The position numbers and the translations under genes are program-made. Shown in pieces: positions 10,199-19,244 of a DNA stretch of 64,000 nt. A model generated the notes under the pieces. That model saw nothing but the letters and a program-made list of their open reading frames with translations, ran no database searches and had not been told where the DNA came from. The DNA is from an uncultured Candidatus Saccharibacteria bacterium (lineage in GTDB: Bacteria; Patescibacteriota; WWE3; 2-01-FULL-39-13). The DNA lies in assembly GCA_964370865.1 (NCBI GenBank), contig CAYJKF010000004.1:22734-86733 (forward strand), in the 5' to 3' direction. Numbering within the stretch: the stretch's first letter is position 1; every line of letters starts with the position of its first letter.

Positions 10199-10819
10199 TT
10201 AATAAGATCCACGTGCAGTCACAAACGTAGAGAAAGATTTTATTATTCCTCCGCCCGGTGGCTGGCATGCTGAACTCGATACTTTTATTGTAGCATTAAC
10301 TTGGATTGGATTTCCAGGGCTTACAATGAATGCTATCTCTGTAATATCTACACCATTTGTAGCATCATTTGTGATTTTGTACTCGTCAGAAATACTATCC
10401 AATGAAACTGAATCTATAAGTGGCTGTGATGGGGGTGATTCTCTATATACAAATAAATTATTATTTGGACCCCCAGCGCCAGTCCTGCAGTTATCACTTC
10501 CGCCTACTCCAATGACTTCATTAAACGTTGAGTCTGTCCCGAATATTCTTATACCTGGAGATGTGCCCGTAAATGGCGCATCAGTAAGCAATTCAACATT
10601 CTTAGCCTTTCGAATTTTTTCCTCAATTGTCCTTAATGCTATATCACCATTTCTCTCAATTTTCTGTAACTCACTTTGTTTTTGAAACGATTTAACTACA
10701 GAAATTAATATTCCACCAGTTAAAGTTAAAGTAAGTCCTAAAATCGCGATAGTGATAGTTAGCTCAATTAAAGTAAATCCTGATTTAATTTTTTTAGAAA
10801 AGTTGCGAATTGAGGTCAT
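10199..10819 (-). CDS. PilW-like minor pilin
   Basis: Class III signal KSG|FTLIEL with E5. Confidence 0.85.
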   Translation of the reverse strand: MTSIRNFSKKIKSGFTLIELTITIAILGLTLTLTGGILISVVKSFQKQSELQKIERNGDIALRTIEEKIRKAKNVELLTDAPFTGTSPGIRIFGTDSTFNEVIGVGGSDNCRTGAGGPNNNLFVYRESPPSQPLIDSVSLDSISDEYKITNDATNGVDITEIAFIVSPGNPIQVNATIKVSSSACQPPGGGIIKSFSTFVTARGSY

Positions 10820-10832
10820 ATTAAATTACCTC

Positions 10833-11336
10833 TTACCAATTAGATAAAAGAGAAACAATTTTAACATTACTTACATCTTCAGTTTTGTTAGTTGAATCAG
10901 CCCATTGAACAGTTACTGTTACTCTTTTTGTATTATTAAGATCATCTACGACCTCTATCATTCTCTGAAATGTGTTATTCGCACCACTATCTCCAGATGG
11001 TGCAACCACATCCTGGTAAGGACAGGTAGTAACATCACCTGCTTCATCTATCTCCCCGAACGTATTAATCGTGTAACACTTGCCACTTTTTAATTGAAAA
11101 TATCCATTCTCGTCTCGGTAATACCTCATGGCTTCGATTCCTTGAACAGCTAACTTTGTGGCTTGAGATCTCCTTAGTGAAGAGGCAACAGTTTTTGAAG
11201 AAGCAGCTCCTAATACTAATAGTGCAGATAAAACCATAGCCGCAAGTCCAATTGATAATACAATTTCGATAATAGTTTGACCTGATTTTAATTTTAATTT
11301 TGGTTTATTTAAAACAGTAGGGCAGTGCATATACAT
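10833..11336 (-). CDS. PilV-like minor pilin
   Basis: KSG|QTIIEIV signal; C-terminal KRVTVTVQW; start shortened from the track to avoid overlap with the upstream gene. Confidence 0.75.
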   Translation of the reverse strand: MYMHCPTVLNKPKLKLKSGQTIIEIVLSIGLAAMVLSALLVLGAASSKTVASSLRRSQATKLAVQGIEAMRYYRDENGYFQLKSGKCYTINTFGEIDEAGDVTTCPYQDVVAPSGDSGANNTFQRMIEVVDDLNNTKRVTVTVQWADSTNKTEDVSNVKIVSLLSNW

Positions 11337-11349
11337 ATAACAGTTACTT

Positions 11350-11877
11350 TTATTGTACATTAATCTTACCATTTTGATAAACAGTAAAATCTGATTTTTT
11401 TCGAGCCGCGACGTCATCATATCTATAGTAAAGAGTGAAGTCATTTCTAGGAACTGGAGTACCTGCTGAATCTATAAGTTGGCCAGTAAGTCTTTCAAAA
11501 AACAACACGTTATATTGCCCCGAGCCACAAGAGCCCCACCTAAAGGTAAAATTAACAGGCACGCTCTTTGATTCCAGAGAAATAAATGAATTCACTTCTC
11601 TAACACCAAGCTCATAAGTTGGGCTTCCACATTGAAATTGAATCGCCCAATCACCACGATTATAAACATCAAGAGCACCTGCAAGTGATTTATTTCTAGC
11701 TAAAGCTAGATCCGAAGATACTAATTGCGCAACCCGGCTCACACTACGTTCACTCGCATACCCAACTAGTGCGGGCATCGTTGACGCAGCTAGAATGGCA
11801 AGAATGGAAACTACTACCAAAATTTCTACTAGAGTGAATGAATTCTTATTAAAAGGAAAATTGTCTGGCATTAACAA
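11350..11877 (-). CDS. FimT/FimU-like minor pilin
   Basis: NS|FTLVEIL; VAQLVSSDLALARNKSL pattern typical of FimT/GspH. Confidence 0.8.
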   Translation of the reverse strand: MLMPDNFPFNKNSFTLVEILVVVSILAILAASTMPALVGYASERSVSRVAQLVSSDLALARNKSLAGALDVYNRGDWAIQFQCGSPTYELGVREVNSFISLESKSVPVNFTFRWGSCGSGQYNVLFFERLTGQLIDSAGTPVPRNDFTLYYRYDDVAARKKSDFTVYQNGKINVQ

Positions 11878-11889
11878 TTATTGTACAAC

Positions 11890-12336
11890 TTAAAATGGAT
11901 TGGTTACACAGTATGTGGGGCGAGTTATGGCAGGTGAGAAACAATGCGGTATTGAAGTCCCATTGTCAGAAGGATTTTCTAACATAGTACACACCGTATA
12001 GTCCTGGTAAGATGCACCAGATGAATAACAATAATAACCAGAAATATCTGGAACTGGAACAGTTTTAAGATAATTACTTAAAGGTCCATTTAATGCGGAA
12101 ATCGGATTATGGGCAGTGGGCATTGGATACTGATTATTGTCTGCGTAATAATGGCCTAAGGCTTCTGAAATAATCGACATATCTTTTTTTCTATTTGTAT
12201 CTCTAGCTTTTTGTCTAAGTAATTCAGGGTTAATAGCAGCAACAATTAAACCAGCCAAAATAGCGATAATTCCTACAACTATAAGAAGCTCTACTAATGT
12301 AAATGATTTAATGTTTTTCATAATTATGTACGGCAA
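11890..12336 (-). CDS. Type IV pilin / GspG-like pseudopilin
   Basis: KS|FTLVELL; KARDTNRKKDM...ALGHYYADNNQYP. Confidence 0.85.
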   Translation of the reverse strand: MPYIIMKNIKSFTLVELLIVVGIIAILAGLIVAAINPELLRQKARDTNRKKDMSIISEALGHYYADNNQYPMPTAHNPISALNGPLSNYLKTVPVPDISGYYCYSSGASYQDYTVCTMLENPSDNGTSIPHCFSPAITRPTYCVTNPF

Positions 12337-12758
12337 CCAGTAGCAACTATGGTTCCGTTACTCGATAAATCCTCACTAACAGTACATGTCATATTACAAG
12401 TAGTACTTGGAAGGGTTGCACCAATTATCACGGTACCAGTTCCTGTAGTAGAAGAACCTCCAGTCGTGATTGTATAAGTTAAGTTATTTGGAGGTAAAAC
12501 AATACTAGTAGCATTTTGTGCACCAACTAATCCCAGTTGGCCTAAAGTCGTACAATTCATATTATTGTAACTAGGTTGGCCACTCATACAGGCAACGGCC
12601 ATTCCACAAACCTTAGACATTTGAGTTCTCATAACTCCTTCGCGCGCGCGTTGTTGTTGAACTGCTGGTTGTATTACGGATAGAACTAAGCCAGCAAGAA
12701 TACCAATGATTACAACCACGATTAGTAATTCAACCAATGTAAATGCTCGCTTATTCAT
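12324..12758 (-). CDS. Type IV pilin
   Basis: RA|FTLVELL; QQQRAREGV; multiple Cys. Confidence 0.85.
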   Translation of the reverse strand: MNKRAFTLVELLIVVVIIGILAGLVLSVIQPAVQQQRAREGVMRTQMSKVCGMAVACMSGQPSYNNMNCTTLGQLGLVGAQNATSIVLPPNNLTYTITTGGSSTTGTGTVIIGATLPSTTCNMTCTVSEDLSSNGTIVATGCRT

Positions 12759-12777
12759 ACAATCCTAAAGTTACTAA

Positions 12778-12809
12778 AATACGCTGATGTATTGAACCAC
12801 CAGCGTATT
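12778..12809 (-). terminator. Stem-loop between the first pilin gene and downstream pilins
   Basis: aatacgctg...cagcgtatt 9-bp stem followed by T residues on the minus strand; would raise the level of the first (major) pilin. Confidence 0.5.
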
Positions 12810-12831
12810 ACTAAGAGACTAACAAATAGTG

Positions 12832-13242
12832 TTAGAGGCCACCGACAATACAACCGGTAAAATCAAGTGCTGTTGGTGTTGATGTTGTAAAATTATACCT
12901 ACAGAAACCGCTACAACCATCAAGTGTTCCTGATGCCTCCACTTCGTTCGCAGAAATGGCACCGACACTGTAACTAGATCCTGCAGGGTTTCCAGTAGGG
13001 ATTGTAACTCCGATTTCTACATCACTATCGCAGTTAGCAATGGTAGTAGTTGTTGCGGCACAAGCAAATAAACCTGTACAAAGTTTTCCTGTACTTGCTT
13101 GCAAAACTCCTTCTCTGGCTCTTCGTTGTTGCTGAGCTGGATTTAAAACGGATAAAACGATACCTGCAAGGATACCGATTATAACTACAACTATAAGTAA
13201 CTCGATAAGCGTAAACGCTTTTGAATGTCTGGCCTTCATCAT
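12832..13242 (-). CDS. Type IV pilin (probable major pilin)
   Basis: KA|FTLIELL; paralog of 12324..12758; first gene in the cluster and followed by a hairpin. Confidence 0.85.
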   Translation of the reverse strand: MMKARHSKAFTLIELLIVVVIIGILAGIVLSVLNPAQQQRRAREGVLQASTGKLCTGLFACAATTTTIANCDSDVEIGVTIPTGNPAGSSYSVGAISANEVEASGTLDGCSGFCRYNFTTSTPTALDFTGCIVGGL

Positions 13243-13346
13243 CTTTTTATAGATTTTTCTGCTCTATCCAAAAGCAATATTCGAGTTTTTGGATGGGCAG
13301 TAAATTAATTGATTACTTACTATAAAGATAGCACAAAGAACATACC

Positions 13347-14213
13347 CTATGTCAACATCAAAAAATACCATTCTAAGACTTCCTCACCAATCAAATAGGC
13401 AAGAACAAAGCCAAAAATTAAAAATGGACCAAATGGAACGGCACTTTTGAATTTTGTTTTACTTATCATTATTAAAAAAATACCAACCAACGAGCCACCT
13501 AGAAAGGCGCCAAACCATAGAACAAAACTTAACCGAAATCCAACGAATAAAGCTAATAAACCCGCTAAATAAACGTCACCTTCGCCCATGAGTCTTTCTT
13601 TTGAGAAAAAATAAAGCGACCAAAAAAACGCCACCATAATAAGACCAGCTAACAATGACCACAAAATATCTGAGTAAGCCAAAGAAAAGAGTCTAAACAT
13701 TACATAATTAGGATTAAGCAAAAATAAGAGATAACCCAAAATATAAACCACGCCTAAATACCAGAAGAATAGGGAAGGAATAATTAAATATTTAAGGTCA
13801 CTTAAAAAAACAAGAGAAATGCCAAACAAAATTAAATAGATAAAAAACGTCACAAGTGGAAACTGAAATAAAATATCAATATTAGATAGCAGACCAAAAT
13901 TAAAACCAATTGCTATAAAATCTAGAAAATAAAAAGTTAGAGCGAAAACTAAACCAAACCCAAGTTCAGCTGCAAATAAACTAACAGGAATTTTGGCATG
14001 ACATTTATTACACTTTCCACCAGATTTTAAAAACGAAAAAATTGGAACCAAATCAAAAAACCCAAGTACACTTTTGCATCCTTCGCAATACGAACGTCCT
14101 TTTAAGAAATCCTCGCCACGATACAAACGATCAATCATCGCCATACCAAACGAACCTAAAATTGATCCTAAAACAAAAAAGAAAACAGTAAAAATAATCT
14201 CTAAAAACATCAC
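13347..14213 (-). CDS. pilD: Prepilin peptidase (A24)
   Basis: RSYCEGC...GKCNKC zinc motifs; SDL and GEGD catalytic Asp motifs; PFGPFL. Confidence 0.92.
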   Translation of the reverse strand: MMFLEIIFTVFFFVLGSILGSFGMAMIDRLYRGEDFLKGRSYCEGCKSVLGFFDLVPIFSFLKSGGKCNKCHAKIPVSLFAAELGFGLVFALTFYFLDFIAIGFNFGLLSNIDILFQFPLVTFFIYLILFGISLVFLSDLKYLIIPSLFFWYLGVVYILGYLLFLLNPNYVMFRLFSLAYSDILWSLLAGLIMVAFFWSLYFFSKERLMGEGDVYLAGLLALFVGFRLSFVLWFGAFLGGSLVGIFLIMISKTKFKSAVPFGPFLIFGFVLAYLIGEEVLEWYFLMLT

Positions 14214-14887
14214 TTAATATAGCTATACAAAAAAACCTCTACCGATAAAAACGGATTTATATTATTAGAAAGCAAATTCCGCTTTAATTCAATAATACGT
14301 GAAATAGCCCCTGATATATACTTTCTATCCTTACAAGACTTCTCAATAAGCAAAGACCTTAATTCAAAAATCCAAAAATTAAACAATTCAGAAACAAAAT
14401 CTCTATCTGCTAACTTAGTTTTATTACTCACTGTCCAATCAATACGCGCACCTAAGTCCATTTTCATAAGAGATAATAGAGAAAACTTTATATCAAAATC
14501 ATTTGTATTCGACTGACCAACATTATTAAGTATCGAACGAGATCTAATTGTACTTAACAAATTATCAGGATGATTAACAGACAAAATATAAATAATATAT
14601 TCAGGCACTTCCTCTAAAGTTTTGAGGAGTGCATTTTGAGCTTCTGTCGACAAATACTGAGCATCTTTAATAACAACAGCCTTAACTTTTGCAATAACAG
14701 GTTTAAAAGAAGACTCTTTAATAATCTGCTTAACTTCTGAAATAGGAATATTTTTTTTATCCTCAGCTTTTTCTAATACTTTCACATCGGGATTATTATC
14801 AAACGATAAACCAAATGTGTTTAAATATTCTAAAACAGCCTTATCCCTGAAAACGCTGTCATTTGAAGCAAATATTATGGTTTGCAT
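14210..14887 (-). CDS. holB: DNA polymerase III delta' subunit (short form)
   Basis: AQNALLKTLEE and LLSTIRSR motifs. Confidence 0.85.
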   Translation of the reverse strand: MQTIIFASNDSVFRDKAVLEYLNTFGLSFDNNPDVKVLEKAEDKKNIPISEVKQIIKESSFKPVIAKVKAVVIKDAQYLSTEAQNALLKTLEEVPEYIIYILSVNHPDNLLSTIRSRSILNNVGQSNTNDFDIKFSLLSLMKMDLGARIDWTVSNKTKLADRDFVSELFNFWIFELRSLLIEKSCKDRKYISGAISRIIELKRNLLSNNINPFLSVEVFLYSYIK

Positions 14888-14919
14888 GAATAAGTCTATG
14901 ATATACTAAAAAATATAGT

Positions 14920-16860
14920 ATGCCCACAAATCCTGCCAATAAAATTGAAACCGTGCTACTCGAAAAAGGTCTATTAACGAAGACACAAGTAGACGCCATA
15001 AAAAGAATCCAACTGTCATCAGGAAAATCCTCTTTAGAAATACTAGAAGAAAACCATTACATAGATCCCGAGGCGCTAGTTAGAGCTAGGGGAGAAATCT
15101 CAGGACTACAATACTACGCACCAACTGGAGTTGAAATCAAACCAAATATATTGCAACTAATTCCAGAAAAATACGCACGTAAATATAAATTATTACCAGT
15201 TGAGACGGATAACTACACATTGAAGGTTGCTATGGCAGACCCGTTTGATTTAGATGTAATTCAATTTCTAGAAAGAACAACTAAAAAAACAATCCAACCG
15301 TTAATCGCAGTAGACAGTATGCTAATTGATGCAATTGATAAACAGTACGGTAGAGGATTTGGGGATGAAGTCACACAGGTTATAGAAAAAGCAGCAGAAA
15401 CAACAACAGAGAAAATCCAGGAATCACTATCATCAATAGAACAAGCAGATGACATTATAAAAGTTTCGCCAGTTGCAAAAATAGTCAGCGTTATCTTAGA
15501 ATACGCGGTTAAATCTGGAGCATCAGATATTCACATAGAAGCAGAAGAAGGCAAGACTAGAATTAGATACAGAATAGATGGAGTTTTACAAGAAAAATTT
15601 CCGTTACCAAAAAGTATCCATAACTCAATAATTGCGAGAATTAAAATTCTTGCCAACATGCCAATTGATGAACGAAGAAAACCTTTAGATGGAAAATTCA
15701 AAGTTGAGGTAGGAAATAATAAAACCGATCTTAGAATTTCTACACTTCCAACAGTTAATGGAGAAAAATGCGTTATTAGGCTTTTAAAATCCGACAACCA
15801 AGTATTATCTCTAGACCAACTCGGCTTATGGGGAGATGGAAGCAAAATTTTTATCGAAGGACTAAGTCAAAATACCGGAATTCTATTAGTTACAGGACCT
15901 ACAGGTTCAGGTAAAACGCTTACACTAGCCACTTCACTTGCAAGATTAAATTCTCCCAAAGTTAATATAATTACATTAGAAGACCCTGTTGAAATTAGTA
16001 TTCCGGGAGTTAATCAGGTTCAAATTAATACTGCAGCTGGACTTACTTTCGCAAATGGACTAAGGGCAATTCTAAGACAAGATCCTAACATTATAATGGT
16101 CGGGGAAATTAGAGATGTCGAAACTGCGAAATTGGCAATACAAGCCGCACTTACTGGACATTTAGTTCTAGCTACATTGCATACAAACTCGGCAGCGGGT
16201 GCAATTCCAAGACTTATAGATATGGGTGTAGAACCATTCTTACTTTCATCAACCATAAATGTTGCATTAGCACAAAGACTTACCAGACGAGTATGCGAAT
16301 TCTGCAAAACTTCATATGAAGCAGATCCTGTAATCGCACAAGATATAAAAAGAATCTTAGGAGACCGGTTACTAAAAATTGCACTTGCTAAACCACAACT
16401 TCCATTAGATAAAACTGCCGAAATTTTACCAATAATAAATACAAAAAAATCCGAAGAAATCAAAAAAAATTCATCTCAAAACGGAACAATTGAAATAAAA
16501 CCTCCTTCAATGGCAGAGATAATCAATGCTAACAAAAAAACTCCACAATCAATACCAACTCAAGCGGCTAGTGGAACACCCGCACCTTCAACATTAGAAC
16601 AAACCAAATTAATATTATACAAAGGGAAAGGATGTAAAGAGTGCAACAACACTGGATACAAGGGTAGGGTAGGATTATTTGAAATAATGAAGATTGCGAC
16701 AAATATTCAAGATTTAGTAGAAGCAAGTGCTTCGGCCGATACAATTCAACGAAAAGCAGAAGAAAATGGTTTAATTACATTAGTGCAAGATGGTTATATT
16801 AAAGCTTTGTGGGGATTAACAACCCTTGAAGAAGTACTTTCTGTTGCAGATGAAGTTTAA
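14920..16860 (+). CDS. pilB: Type IV pilus assembly ATPase
   Basis: ASDIHIE, GPTGSGKT, LRQDPNIIMVGEIRD, TGHLVLATLH, tetracysteine motif. Confidence 0.95.
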   Translation: MPTNPANKIETVLLEKGLLTKTQVDAIKRIQLSSGKSSLEILEENHYIDPEALVRARGEISGLQYYAPTGVEIKPNILQLIPEKYARKYKLLPVETDNYTLKVAMADPFDLDVIQFLERTTKKTIQPLIAVDSMLIDAIDKQYGRGFGDEVTQVIEKAAETTTEKIQESLSSIEQADDIIKVSPVAKIVSVILEYAVKSGASDIHIEAEEGKTRIRYRIDGVLQEKFPLPKSIHNSIIARIKILANMPIDERRKPLDGKFKVEVGNNKTDLRISTLPTVNGEKCVIRLLKSDNQVLSLDQLGLWGDGSKIFIEGLSQNTGILLVTGPTGSGKTLTLATSLARLNSPKVNIITLEDPVEISIPGVNQVQINTAAGLTFANGLRAILRQDPNIIMVGEIRDVETAKLAIQAALTGHLVLATLHTNSAAGAIPRLIDMGVEPFLLSSTINVALAQRLTRRVCEFCKTSYEADPVIAQDIKRILGDRLLKIALAKPQLPLDKTAEILPIINTKKSEEIKKNSSQNGTIEIKPPSMAEIINANKKTPQSIPTQAASGTPAPSTLEQTKLILYKGKGCKECNNTGYKGRVGLFEIMKIATNIQDLVEASASADTIQRKAEENGLITLVQDGYIKALWGLTTLEEVLSVADEV

Positions 16861-16877
16861 TTCTTTATACTAAAATT

Positions 16878-17960
16878 ATGCCTGATAATAATCCTGTCCA
16901 AGTTGATGATGTTTTGCGAAAAGCAGTCCAATTAAATGCCTCTGATGTACACCTTTCATTTAATACTCCACCAATTTCTAGAACAGCGGGAGTATTATCT
17001 CCAATATCGGGATTTGGCGCATTGTCAGAAGATGATTTGAAAGCAATAGTCATACAACTTTTACCCGAATCCAAAATTGAATTACTATATAAAAATAGAG
17101 AAATCGACAGTGCTTACGAGCTTACGACTAAAGAAAGATTTAGGGTAAATATATTTTTCGAAAAAGATAAATTAGCTTTTGCTCTAAGACTTATTCCACC
17201 ACATATTCCCACACTTGATGAATTAAACATTCCTCATATTTATTATGAATTTTGTAAATTGCCAGCTGGACTAGTTGTTGTTGCCGGTCCTTCAGGTGTT
17301 GGAAAATCTACCACCTTAGCTGCAATGATTAATTGGATTAATCAAAATAGAAATACTCATATCGTTACAATTGAAGATCCTATTGAGTATCTATTTAAAT
17401 CAGATAAATCGCTTATTCAACAAAGAGAGTTACATCTAGATACAATGTCTTGGGAAAAATCTCTTAAATCAGCACTTCGCGAAGATGCAGATGTTATATT
17501 TGTCGGGGAGGTTAGGGACTTTGAAACACTTCATCTTACATTAAAAGCAGCAGAAACTGGACACTTAGTTTTGACAACTATTCATGCATTCTCAGCATCA
17601 CAAGCAATAGAAAGAATTATCGGAATGTATCCTGAAAACAAGCAGTCTCAGGCTCGTATGCAACTTAGTGTTGTTCTCGAAGGTATATTCACTCAAACAT
17701 TAGTTCCAGGAATAGACAAATCAAAAAGGTATCCAGCGGTTGAAATCTTGATTGCTACAGATGCAGTTAAGAATACAATTAGAGAAGGTAATTCACACTT
17801 TATAGACAACATAATAAATACAAATATTGAATCAGGAATGCAGTCGATTGAAAGATCTCTAGCAGAGTTAGTTAATGATAAAAAAGTTTCACTCGAGGTT
17901 GCAATGGCAAGTAGCCGTAAACCTGATGAGGTAGTACGGTTTATAAAACGCAAAAAATGA
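16878..17960 (+). CDS. pilT: Type IV pilus retraction ATPase
   Basis: GPSGVGKS, TIEDPIE, AETGHLV, AVKNTIRE (AIRNLIRE-like). Confidence 0.92.
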   Translation: MPDNNPVQVDDVLRKAVQLNASDVHLSFNTPPISRTAGVLSPISGFGALSEDDLKAIVIQLLPESKIELLYKNREIDSAYELTTKERFRVNIFFEKDKLAFALRLIPPHIPTLDELNIPHIYYEFCKLPAGLVVVAGPSGVGKSTTLAAMINWINQNRNTHIVTIEDPIEYLFKSDKSLIQQRELHLDTMSWEKSLKSALREDADVIFVGEVRDFETLHLTLKAAETGHLVLTTIHAFSASQAIERIIGMYPENKQSQARMQLSVVLEGIFTQTLVPGIDKSKRYPAVEILIATDAVKNTIREGNSHFIDNIINTNIESGMQSIERSLAELVNDKKVSLEVAMASSRKPDEVVRFIKRKK

Positions 17961-19165
17961 AATTTAATTATTCCGCAAAGACTCACGATGGGCTAACGAC
18001 AAGAAAAGGTCAGATAGAAGCCCCAGATTTAAGAACAGCAATTGGATTATTAAGAGATAGAGGACTAATTGTGTATTCCATGTTACCTGGTCAAACTGAA
18101 ACATCCATAATGGGAAGGTTAACCGAGTTAATGGGCGTTTCACTAAACGATAAAGTTAAATTTACGGAATACTTATCAAGTATGTTACTAGCCGGACTCC
18201 CGTTAACAAAAGCCCTTGAGTTAATATCTTTTCAGACAAATAAAAAGTCTATGACGGTGATTACAGAATCACTTTTAACAACTGTTGAAAGTGGAGGTCA
18301 GTTATCGGCAGGATTAGAAAAACATATTGATACTTTTGGAGACGCTTATATTAGTTTAGTAAAAGCTGGCGAGGCATCAGGACAATTAGCAGAAGTACTT
18401 CAAAGACTCGCCGTAACACTTGAGAAACAGAGAGAATTCAAAGCTAAAGTTATCGGCGCATTAATCTATCCAATTATTATTACAGTGGCTATGGTTGGTG
18501 TATTTATTATTATTGTTGTTTTTGTTATTCCTCAAATGACTGCGGTTTATGAATCATTTGATGTGACATTGCCATTTTCGACAAGAGCGCTAATTGCAAT
18601 CTCTGATTTCTTTATAAACTTTTGGTGGATGGTTGTTTTAATATTAGTCGCAATAATTGGCGGACTGAAAGTTTTCACCGCAACTGATGATGGAAAATAT
18701 GTTTTTTCTAAAATGGGAATGGGACTACCATTAATTGGTGGACTTATTAGGTATTCAAATCTAGTTCAATTCTCAAGAACATTAGCATTACTAATTCAAT
18801 CAGGAGTTCCAATTATAGAGACGCTAAAAATTGTTAGGGATAGTGTTTATAGCATCATTTATAAAGAGTCGGTGGACTCCTTTATTGAGGATGTTCGGCA
18901 CGGATTTCCTCTTTCACAATCCATTACACAGGATAAAAACTTTCCTCCAATGGTCGGCTCAATGGCAGTTATCGGAGAAGAGACTGGATCTATTGATAAA
19001 CAACTTGAATCCGTCGCAAAATATTATGAAGGTGAAGTCGATAAAATTATCAAAGGTCTTTCAACAGCAATTGAGCCTCTCATAATGATTGTACTTGGAG
19101 CTATGGTAGGTTTACTTATTGTTTCGGTTATTTTGCCAATCTATCAACTTACTACAAGTTTCTAA
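17957..19165 (+). CDS. pilC: Type IV pilus platform protein (GspF family)
   Basis: GEASGQL, ALIYP, GEETG, IEP...LPIY. Confidence 0.93.
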   Translation: MKFNYSAKTHDGLTTRKGQIEAPDLRTAIGLLRDRGLIVYSMLPGQTETSIMGRLTELMGVSLNDKVKFTEYLSSMLLAGLPLTKALELISFQTNKKSMTVITESLLTTVESGGQLSAGLEKHIDTFGDAYISLVKAGEASGQLAEVLQRLAVTLEKQREFKAKVIGALIYPIIITVAMVGVFIIIVVFVIPQMTAVYESFDVTLPFSTRALIAISDFFINFWWMVVLILVAIIGGLKVFTATDDGKYVFSKMGMGLPLIGGLIRYSNLVQFSRTLALLIQSGVPIIETLKIVRDSVYSIIYKESVDSFIEDVRHGFPLSQSITQDKNFPPMVGSMAVIGEETGSIDKQLESVAKYYEGEVDKIIKGLSTAIEPLIMIVLGAMVGLLIVSVILPIYQLTTSF

Positions 19166-19244
19166 AAAATACGGTAGCAGTTGATTTAATCTTCCACTAA
19201 TTCAATTTATTAAAGTACTAAGGTAGGTTATAATAATAAGGTCT

